From: Cycas panzhihuaensis
Taxonomy: Eukaryota > Plantae > Cycadophyta
Length of the DNA: 64,000 nt
Assembly (NCBI GenBank): GCA_023213395.1
Contig: CM041465.1
Coordinates: 73,291,741 to 73,355,740, forward strand
Direction of reading: 5' to 3'
Below the pieces are notes generated by a model. It did not search any database and was not told the DNA's origin. It was given only the letters and a program-made list of their open reading frames with translations. The position numbers and the translations under genes are program-made. The stretch's first letter is position 1. Each line of letters opens with the position of its first letter. This document shows positions 53,325-64,000 of the stretch, piece after piece.

Positions 53325-53724
53325 ATTCTAATACCATGTTAGAAAATTACAAAAGTGTTTTGACATCATGCTACCAATAGTACAAGGAGTTTATGATACT
53401 ATAATAAAGAAAGATAAAATATGTACCAATATAAAGTATAGCAAAAATTGAAAGAATGATTAATCTTCATTTATTGTAGTAGAAAACATATATATTTATA
53501 GATACAAGTCACCTCATAGAAGTTTAATGAGATTAGAGAATCTCTAACGTAACATATGTGAATACATGAAGAAGTGAGCTCTAATACACATTTTAATAAT
53601 ACTCACAAATTAAAAATCTTCAGAAGTATGCACCCTTTTAAGATAATTATACATAATATTTGAGAGATATCTAAATAATTATAATAAATATAAATTGACC
53701 ATGAATTAAACATTATTTTCCAAT
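53325..53724 (-). repeat. Degenerate Met PBS plus LTR-like sequence of an unresolved old element
   Basis: ttctaatacca is followed directly by tgttagaa. No convincing partner LTR was found. Confidence 0.4.
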
Positions 53725-54616
53725 AGTTTAGAGTTGGGGTACATTCATGATTTTGGTGTAATAGTTATGGACAATCACAATATTAGAGTAACTGATATGA
53801 TTATAAAAGTGTTACCACACATCAAATCCCATGTTTGGACTTGTTTATGTCTACCAAATAGAAGTTAGCTCATGGCAAAAAATAAATAGGAAACTAAACA
53901 AGCTCATAGAGATCCTAGTAACTTGGGTTTTAATACCAAAATCTTACAACCCGTAACTATGGTAGGCATCTAAATCAACAAAAATGCAACCCCTTAGGGC
54001 AGCTATAGAAATACAAGGAATTGTAAAGTATCAACAACTCTAATCTATATGTCTCATATACATTCATGAACTACATTAGGAAGTTTTACATGAACAAGCA
54101 TAAAGAAACAATAGATAATGAAATCATATTTGACAAAAGAGCTCAACTACTTACTTTAACCAAGCACGGGGGATGAAGAACCTCTAAATAAATGGGCTTT
54201 CCTAAGTTTGTTAATTATCAAGATCATAACTTAATTTCCCTTTATTTCTATCATTACTCAAAATTAAATACATGCATTAATTTGCTTCATAGCTAACTCT
54301 CATAGTTTGGTCAATTACAAAGAGTTATATGTTCTATGAATTTCCTTGATATGAAATCTTTTATGTAATTTAGGTTCAAGACAAATAGGATCCACTTTCT
54401 AAAATTGACATATTAAAATTATGCTTCCTTTGAGGTTAGGAGATATTATGGATAACATGAAACTTTAATGCAAGCATTTTTATTATAATGTATGTTTGTT
54501 CCACTTTTACAAAATTAATTTGTAACTAACAATTTATAACTTGTAAATTAACAGATTATTGCAATAAATCTAAAATCCATTAAGGCTCTTCATTAAATTG
54601 TAACTCATCCAATTGT

Positions 54617-56960
54617 AGGGCAAGACCCAATGAATTCATTACATGGTATTAATTCCCAAATTCATAGTTATTTAGGATACATGAACAAGCTAAGGCCCAA
54701 ACTCATAACTATGTCCTAGAATTCAATCTTAATAACTATAACTAGATTAGTAAAGAAATAAACTACAATCATAGCGAGAATATACTAGTTTCTTGAGACT
54801 AGACTTCTTAGGATTCTTTCAAGATTAAGCCTTATTACCACCATCAAGTGTAAAGGGATTTAAAGCTATGAATTTAATCGTATTAAGAAAAATCACTAAA
54901 ACATAAGTTAAATTCTATCCCACTACGAAAATAAACTTAATATGAGTTTCAAGCCCATTTAATGTGAAAATAAGATTTTGTAACTGTAATTTTTTTTCCT
55001 TTTATTCTCTAGAAAGTGTTATGTGTGACAATAACAATGACAATAATGAAACCATTATGGCAAAAAAAAACTATATGATTTCTACCATAGATATCTCTAA
55101 ATGCTCAATTGGATCCAGAATCTTACCCTTCACACTATATTTGCAATTTTTAAACTCCATAAAGACCTTGTGACAAAGTGCTAGGACTAATAAAGTCCCT
55201 TCAAAGTTCATGGTGCTATAGCAGATGAACATTAGGCACATCTAAAAACCACATAAGCTCCAAAAGTAACTTATTTTTATATTAAAGTCAAGTTTGATGA
55301 AGTTTGGGTCATTTTATATAATGGAATCCACCACCCACCACCATCCCCTCCCCCACCCCCCAACTCTCTCTTTCTCTCATATATGGAATAATTTTCTAGT
55401 TTTTACTACATGGTTTTGGATGCCCACTATAGTTTATTCATGATTATTGACCATATGACTGAACTGCATGCGCCTAAGTTCAAGTACTTTAATCCAATAA
55501 TGCTCTTTTAGCTTCCAACAATTTGTACTCAACATTGGTGTTTTCTTTAAGGATTTGAGTGCTTCTTAATAACTTCATTTTATCTTGTTGATCATGGTTT
55601 TTAGTTTTCCTTTGGGTTGCTCACCTATAATTGTAACTAGAGTAGTTTTCAATAAATTTATTGGATATAATTTATGGGTATAGTTTGGTGCTCATAACTC
55701 TAAGTATGAACAATGCAATATTTCTGCAATGTTCACTTTTTGGTTTAAGCCATTGTATTTAATTTAACTTCATTTAAAAATAAGGTAGGACCCAATGAAT
55801 TCATTGTGTGGTATTAATTCCTAGATTCACAATTACTAAGGATACACGAACAAAACTCAAGTCCAAACTCATAACTATGTCCTAGAATTCAATCTAATAC
55901 TTGACTTTAATATAAAAACAAGTTAATTTTGAAGCCTATGTGATTTTTAGATGTGCCCAATGCCCATCTTCTATAGCACCATGAATTTTGAAGGGACTTT
56001 CTCAATCACAATGCTTTGCTACAAGGTCTTTATGGAGTTAAAAAATGCAAATATAGTGTCTAGTTGAGCATTTAGAGATATCTATAGTGGAAATCACAGT
56101 TTTTTAAGGCCATAATGGCTTCGTTGCTGCCATTGTTAGTGTCACACATAACACCTTCAAGAGAATTGAATTCAAGGGGGGAATTACAATTACAAATTTT
56201 ATTTTCACGTTGAATGGACTTGAAACTCATATTAAATTAAGTTTATTTTCATAATGAGATATCATTTAACTTTATGTTTTAGTGAGTTTTCTTAATATCA
56301 ATTTAATTCTTAACTTAAAATCCCTTTGCACTTGGTGGTGGTAATAAGGTTTAATCTCAAAAGAACCCTAAGGAATCTATACTTTAGAAACTAATATATT
56401 CTTACTATAAGTGTAGTTTATTTCCTTCCTAATCTACTTATTGAAGAAGCTTCGGTCATTTTATATATAGTGGAAACATCCCCTCTTCTTCACCCCCCAC
56501 CCCCACCACCCCCCCCCCCCCACTCTCTCTCTCTTTGTCGCTTTAATATACAGAATAATTTTTTAGTTTTTACTACATGGTTTGAGTGCCCACTATAGTT
56601 TAGCCATGGTCATTGACCATATGACCTAACTATAAAGTGCCCAACTTTAAGTACTTTAATCCAATAATGCTCTTTTTACTTCCAACAATGTTTGGGCTCA
56701 AATATTTATGTTTTCTTTAAGGCTTTGAGTGCTTCTCAACAGCTTCACTTTGTCTTGTTGATTGTGGGTTTTCGTTTTCCTTTGGGTTGCTCACCTATAG
56801 TTGTAGAAAAAGTAGTTCTCAGTAGATTTATTGGATATAAATTATGGGTATAGTTTGGTGCTCATAACTCAAATATTAACTATGCAACATTTATACAATG
56901 CTCACTATTTGGTTTGAGCCTTTGCTTTTAGTTTAATTTCTATGCCATTTATAAATAAAT
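54617..56960. repeat. Diverged ~1.17-kb tandem duplication with the middle segment inverted in one copy
   Basis: 54617-54730 matches 55782-55895 and 55295-55785 matches 56441-56960, both direct. 54741-55293 is the reverse complement of 55899-56439. Confidence 0.9.
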
Positions 56961-58052
56961 CCCACTAGGATTTAATTAAATAAAAGGATAATGTAATAAG
57001 ATTGGATTTTATGAATCATATCATAATTTCAAGCATTTTCTATTACCAATTGTATAATTTTATGTTACTTCTAATTTCACTCTATTGTACATATTCAATT
57101 ATCTAATTGTAAAAAAGGAATATCTATAAGTTCATTTTCAACAAGATGATCCATTATTATCTCAAAAAAATTTGCATAAAAAACCAATATGTTTCATATA
57201 ATTTCTCTAAGTTTTACATGTAAACTAAGAGGTGCATACATACAATTTTATTAATCTCTATGTAATAGTATGAATGGTTTTAAGTGATAAATTGTTCTGC
57301 ATTACATATTAAATTTCTCAAATTACTTCACTTTCGACATTGTCTTTCAAACATGAACCATTAAAAGCAACTAAGATGTAAGAAAGCACTATAAACATTT
57401 ACTCTTATTATAACTTATTTTCATGCATCTACTAATGTCAAATGCACTATTATGAAGATAATGAGTTGCAACATATTGTATTTCAACAATCAACCTAAAT
57501 AAGTAAGAAATAATTCAATTACATGATGACAATGTATCCTTTAAGCAATATTTCATCAGGAAATGTATCAATAATCTTACTCTAATAGTAATATAAAATA
57601 CAAGACTCTCATGATTAATAAAGTATTAATATAGTTTATAATAGCAATATGCATAAAAGGGTTGCTCACACTAGTTACATAATTAACTAATGAATTAATC
57701 CATTTTACAGTGGTTTATATAACACTAAAATTTTACTAAAAGAATGATAACTATTAAGCAAGATACACATTACTTTATCCTTTAATAATTAAAGTTAACT
57801 TCTTAATGTAGCTAAACTTTATTTCACATCAGAATATAAAAATTCATATGAATAGTTTACTTCAAATGGCATTCATAAAATTCTTTATTTCAACCACACA
57901 TAACTATAGAAAATAATAAAATATTTCTCTTGCAAATTTCTCTAGTAATATGAAGGTAGACTATCCAACTTTCAATTCTTACAAGTTATCTCTGTCTTTA
58001 TTCATATCACTAACCACTAATACTCACCTCCCTATCATATGCTATACTAAGT

Positions 58053-61000
58053 TGATTGAATTAGAATTAATCTAACACCTGGAAACAAACATCGAGACCT
58101 TTATTCTTAATATTCAACAAACAAAAACTTATCAAATATATCATGAACACATTCAAATAAACACAATATGTGAAAGATTGGAAATTAGATCTAACCCAAA
58201 ATAATGATAGATTAAATTAATTAATAATTGAAACAGAAGTTTGGTAGAGTTTCGACTTTTACCAAACATGCAACCTTATTTAGTTGTTGAGTGTAAATAT
58301 GGTCTTAATTTATAAAGGGCTCAATATCTATCACATTATAAATTGTGAATATGAATTGGACCTTACATGCTCATACTTCATTAGACCCTATATTACATAT
58401 ATCTGATTAAATATTTATAAGGCTAAAATGGGGTGATGACCCTGAATTAGGAAGTATAATTGACTAACTTTACACAAGAGTACATGAAGGAGTTATTATA
58501 TTTTAACATCCTCCTTTAATGACAACTTCATTAATCTTGACGTTGAAGTCCTCCTGAAACCTTTCAAACTTAGATTCACTGAGTGCTTTGGTGAAGATAT
58601 TTGTAACCTGGTCTTCAGTCAATTTGTACACAAGATTAATTTCTCCATTTTGAACATGTTCATAGATGAAATAATGATGGTCCCCTATATGCTTTGTTCT
58701 TGCAATTAGTATCTCTATTTTTACGGTCAATGACAGTCAATTAGATTTTTTACTAAAAGCAATTTAGTGAGTTCCTAAGTATTATTTTTTAGGATGGAAT
58801 TCATCTTTTCATCCAAACCAGCCTACCACATTTGGACTTTGACTGCCTCTTCAAAAGTGGGAGGCTCGAGAGCATTGAGAACTCATGCCATTAAAGTAAA
58901 GTTTATAGTATACATATACTTTGATTACCTTTTTCGTGCTATAGGAGATGACAATGCATTTGCCTTAGTTTGTATGTACTACTTAGGAAATTTCTTAATG
59001 CTTTCAGCTTGTTTATCTTCTAGAGACAAAGTTGGTAATGCATATATTGATGTAGAAGCAGATGGAGATATAAGAGAAGTAGATGATGAACTTGGAGTAT
59101 ACGAAGTTAAAAGAGCAAAAGTGACCTATATTGGTGTAGGAGGGACTTCCAAAATATAATCATCACCGGTTATTAAAAACTATATCTAAGATTAATCCAA
59201 GTCTTGATTGTCTTTTGCAAATAAAACATTCCGAGATGAATATGCTTTTCTTCTAATAAGATCAGATATCTTATAATCTTTGCAACAAAGTACGTAGCCT
59301 ATGAAGACACACTTCAAGATTTTATGATCAAGTTTTCTTTTATTTTTTTTTGTAATGTATATATATGCCATACAATTGAATGTTCTAAGGTGTGAGATTA
59401 TAGGATTTTATCTTGACCACACCTTCTGAAGTGTTATGTTTCTGATGGTTGAAGTTAGGCTCTTATTTATAAGGTAAGTAGTAGTAGAAATAATTTTAGC
59501 CCAAAATGAATCAACAACATTTATAGCATTTACCATTGTTTTTGTCTTATTCACCAATGTTTGATTCATATGTTCAACAACACCATTTTGTTGAAGAGTA
59601 CGAAGGGCTAAAAACTGACGTTTAATACCATGTTCTTTATAAAAATTGGTGAACTGATTTAATGCATACTCACCTCAATTATTTGTATGTAATATTTTGA
59701 TTGTCATACTAGATTAATTTTCAACTTTAGCTTTGAATTCCTTGAATTTCTCAAAGGCTTCAAACTTTGTTCTTCAGAAAGTAGACCCAAACTTTTTGAA
59801 AATAATTATCAATAAAAGTGATAAAATACAAACTACCATTGAGTGAAGGATTAGACATAGGTCCACAAATGTCTAAGTGAACTAAGCCTAATGATTCAAT
59901 TGAACGACAAGTATGCTTTGATTAAAATGGTTCTCTATGTTGTTTACCAACTATGCAAGCTTCATAGAAATATTTATTCTATTTGATTCTGGGTAGTCCA
60001 TGTACTATCTAAAGTCTAAATATGAGATTAACACTTTGCATATTTAGATGACCAAGGTGTTGATGCCATAACTAACCCTTGGTACACTTTCTAATAGGTT
60101 GCTCCTTACTGTGAGAAGATTCACCTTATATTCTAATAGGTAGGTCATCTGTAACAATATGCTTTCCTTTATCTAGTTGAGTAGACTGCACAATCGTACT
60201 TGAGTTCTAATTCTATGCAGAGGAAAGTAACATGTTATCAAGCTTGCAAAGACCATTATCATCATGTACAATTACCACTACTTGACTAATTAAATGATCT
60301 GAAATAGTGCAGATGCCCTGGTTGAAGACTACATCAAAGTTTTGCCTATCAATTTGATTACCAGAGAGCAAGTTTTGTTTCATACCAAGTACATAAAGGA
60401 TATTACTAATATAATGACTAATATCTAAAATTTTCGAAGCTATGGGAGTTTTCCTAATCTTAGCCACATCATATGTAACATCGTCATCAAATGTTACTAT
60501 TTGTGCATGAACAGGTTTGTTATCTTTTAAAAGTTCTTCAATGCTAATCATATGACGAGTAGCACCAAAATCCAGCAACTAGGAGTTATCTAAATGATGA
60601 GAGGAGAGAGTTGGCAAAGAATAGGTTTTAAGAATCAACCTAGGCATTGGCCACATAGCCTCCTTACTATAAATTCCTATTATCACCCTAAGATTGGTTT
60701 TTGTGTTGATTTTTATTTTTTTGTTGTCTATTTCCTTAACCACAACCTTTATTCTGTTATAGATTTTAGCCTCCTTGCTATCTATGATTGTTCTGTAAAG
60801 GTTGCATATTAGATTACATTTTTTATACTCAATGATAACTTGCCCAAGTTTGCCACATTAGAGGCAGGTAATATTTTATCTTCTCTATTGATTTCTAATC
60901 TATTGTAGTTGTTGGTTCAAATTCATAGAATTAAATTATTAGGTGCGTGGTTGCTGTTGAGACTAATTCCTTCTTTGATTTCTAGTTACAAATGCAAGAG

Positions 61001-64000
61001 TAATGTTAGAAGAAGATATTGTTCTTTGACGGTTCATGATAACTTATTCTTTTAGCAACACTCCTTTTAGGGTATTAAAGTCCATGGTAATAAAGTCATT
61101 ATATAACCAAGAAATAAAATTATTGTACATATAAGGGAGAACATTTACAACATTGAAAACAAGATCATGATTGGAAAGAGGAGTTTCAAGATTGATAAGT
61201 TGGTTCATAATGGACATAACTTCAATCATATATGAGGGAATGGAGCTAATAAAGAGTATGGCATATAAGCATGCTTTTAGCATAATAGCTTTAGAGTCAT
61301 CTTTCTGTTCATAAATGAAACATATAATTTTCCAAGCTTCATGAGAGTTATTTGTTATCTCAGTGTTTTGATCCACATTATCTTCCACAACTAAGTGAAG
61401 GAAGGATAGAGCTATATTATTTTTAGCTTTAAAGGTAGTAAAGACAATGGGGTCTAAAGGAATCTCATTATTTAGGTTGTTTAGGTCAGGTGTGGAACCA
61501 AGTTTGGTTATGTCTCTAGATACACAAGACAAAAAATCATTCATAATTAAGAGGTGTTTGACTTGTTTCTTCCAAGTTAAAAAGTTATTGTTCTCTGATT
61601 ATTTAATAACATTTGAAATTAACATTTGTGTTGTCATTATGAACTATCAGCCTAATTGGCTATTAAGCTAGAATGCTAAAATTTCACTATTTCCAAAGAA
61701 GCCCTTGATTGCTATTCTGTTTAGTGGTATCTTCCTACAGATGGTAATTTAGAGACTCTATATACATTAATATATGCGTAAGTTAAGCTCAATATACCTG
61801 GGTACATGAGCATAGAAGGATCGGTTGCCTCCTTAACACTATAAATCTATTTATACCAGATTTATATCAATCGATAAATCAAGTGAAGGGCTAAAACTAA
61901 GACACTAACCTCTCCAGGTCTAGCCTCGTCTTCAAACACTAAAAGAATGGGTCTAGACCCCAATCCATTATTCAATACACCTTATAACAAGTTGTCATTT
62001 GGATTGCTTATCTAAATGAATGTAACTCACGTGTGTGTGAGTGATTGCTTTAGGGGTCCTAACCATTCTCCTTACATGATTAGTAGTTTGAACATTTCAA
62101 TTCAGAGATTATCTTATTTAATGTTTTAAGTTCAAATTCATGTTTAAAGTGGTCTTATTTATAGACATGAATATAAATTTTTAATGATTTTAAAGTAGGA
62201 GTCTTAATTAAAAAAATAACAAATAAATATTGAAAGTGCAAGGTAAGACTTTAGAGTGCTTAGTAAGGAAGGGGTCATTGCTAAAAGGTAAAAAAATAAT
62301 CCTTCTTCAAACAAAAAAAAAACACCTGTAACAACAAAGCACCACATACCATTAGCTTAAAAAATGAGTGAAAAATACTTCTCAAATGATAAAAGGTCCT
62401 TTATAATGTGCTTACAACTGAAAAATACCTTAAACATATATTTAAAGTTTTTAACTAATTAAAAAAATACTTTAGAAACATAAAATAAGGGGAAATAAAG
62501 GGGCTTATTTAGTCTAAAATATAGCCAAAATATGTCAAATGATAATTCATGTTGAAGTACTCTGAGTCTATATTCTAACAGTTTAGATGGCTAAAAAAAC
62601 AAACAGTCGGTTGAGAAGATATAAGCAAAATAGTACAACATGTTCCTTATGAACGAAAAACTAAATTGTGAGGCTTTTAATCCCTTTCATAGTGTAGCCC
62701 TTGGCTATGTTTAGGGTACATATGACCAACTGCTTATCCCAAGGATGCTTCACAGACTTGAAAACAAATTCCAATTAGATTAAATATGTCAAAAATGTTT
62801 GTAAAAGAATATATACTGTGATCGAAAATTTAAAGAGTCACATGACCTTTAATGCTTAGCCTATAAGTGATAAACTTTTTGCAAAATTGGTGAAATCTCG
62901 ATCGAATCTCCAAAGAATCTTCTAATCTTGCTTGGGCAAGCTAGGATGGCTTTACCTGATATGTTGGGCTCAAAAGCGACATGGAAAGCAAAGGGTGTCA
63001 CTTGACGAAAGCTTTAAAGTAGAGTCAGACTTTATGCAACAATGTAGAGCCGAGGTAGATCACATAGGGACTGTTGGTGACATAAACTTCACACAAGAAA
63101 TGGAGAGAACTCATCACGATCTTCATAGTTGAATGATCATCCACGGTGGTTATATCTTCTATGGTTGAGACGCCTTCTAACTGTGGACAGGTGTTGCTCC
63201 AATCTGATGTAGATGCACCCTCTTCACTCAGCTACGAACAACTCCATGGAAATTGTAGAAGCCCATTAGGGAGGCCGCTTTTAGTGCATACACCACGAAG
63301 GTAGGATGCATAGAAGTAGAGATCCTCGGCCAAGTAGATGGAGTAGTGGGAGTGATGTGTGCTATGCAGTTTGAGCATGAACTTTATAGGCAACCATGCA
63401 ACAAAGGAGAAGGTTCACAATTTATGGAAGTAGGGGCTATGCATTTCGAGAGGTCGCATACAACCACAAACAAGTAGGTTCATGTGGCGGACAACACCAA
63501 AATAAAGGGAATAATACTCAATGGAGACAAATAAGATTTAAACATATTTTTGTTTGTTTTGGATGTCCACACAGAACAAGAGCAAATATGGTCTAATAAT
63601 TTTTTTAAATGAAGTTAAATAGCATGCATCATTTTGAACAACTCTTGCAAACATGGTTCTATTTTTCACAATGTAATGGAATGATGTTCTTCACTTGATG
63701 AATGATCAACCTGTAGCTAATTAGTATTTGTTGAAGAAAGTAAGAGAGTCTCACTCTGATACCAAATGATAGAATTAGAATTAATATTACACCTAGAAAC
63801 AAACGTCGGGATCTTTATTCTCAGTATTTAATAGATATAAACTTATCAAATATTTCATGAACGCATTCAAATGAACATAATATATAAATGATTATAAATT
63901 GGATCTAAACTAGTGATAGATCAAATTAATTGATAGTTGATATAGAACTTTGGCAGAGTTTTGATTGTCACCAAATATACAACCTTATCTAGTTGTTAAG
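58053..64000 (-). mobile_element. Ty1/Copia element K with RT deleted; 5' LTR runs off the right edge
   Basis: 3' LTR 58053-58508 matches the sequence starting at 63767 (tgat(t/a)gaattagaattaat...), PBS ctctgatacca at 63754-63764, PPT after 58508. Confidence 0.9.
58503..61640 (-). pseudogene. Copia gag-PR-INT remnant joined to the RNase H C-terminus
   Basis: ORFs 61044-61544 (gag), 60213-60578 (protease LDFGATRHM) and 58503-58730 (ARTKHIGDHHYF...EDQVTNIFTKAL). Integrase remnant at ~59200-59900. Confidence 0.88.

Noticed and set aside
55329-55378. CCA, poly-C and CT tracts (also 56480-56533) as a telomere-like or CRISPR-like array
   Set aside because: Simple low-complexity tracts inside the duplicated unit, with no regular repeat-spacer or TTTAGGG pattern.

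Overview
AT-rich plant-type heterochromatin made almost entirely of decayed, nested LTR retrotransposons (Tat/Ogre-like Gypsy, Reina-like and CRM-like chromoviruses, several Ty1/Copia copies, non-autonomous LTR elements). No intact host gene is recognisable, and every recognisable ORF-track hit is a broken gag/pol fragment. The old elements are full of stop codons consistent with methylation-driven C>T/G>A decay. The standout is a very young, GC/CpG-rich 301-bp miniature LTR retrotransposon (TRIM, 28034-28334, minus strand) with identical 61-bp LTRs and a perfect GAATA TSD. It carries a tRNA-spaced RNA polymerase III type-2 promoter split across the 5' LTR (A box), the PBS and the internal domain (B box), and its only T4 run lies in the LTR. 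Other notable structures are a four-level nested insertion stack, a Copia whose LTRs both contain a PBS-like motif, a non-autonomous Copia derivative with non-TE-like cargo, and a ~1.17-kb tandem duplication with an internal ~550-bp inversion. All coordinates and alignments were read by eye.
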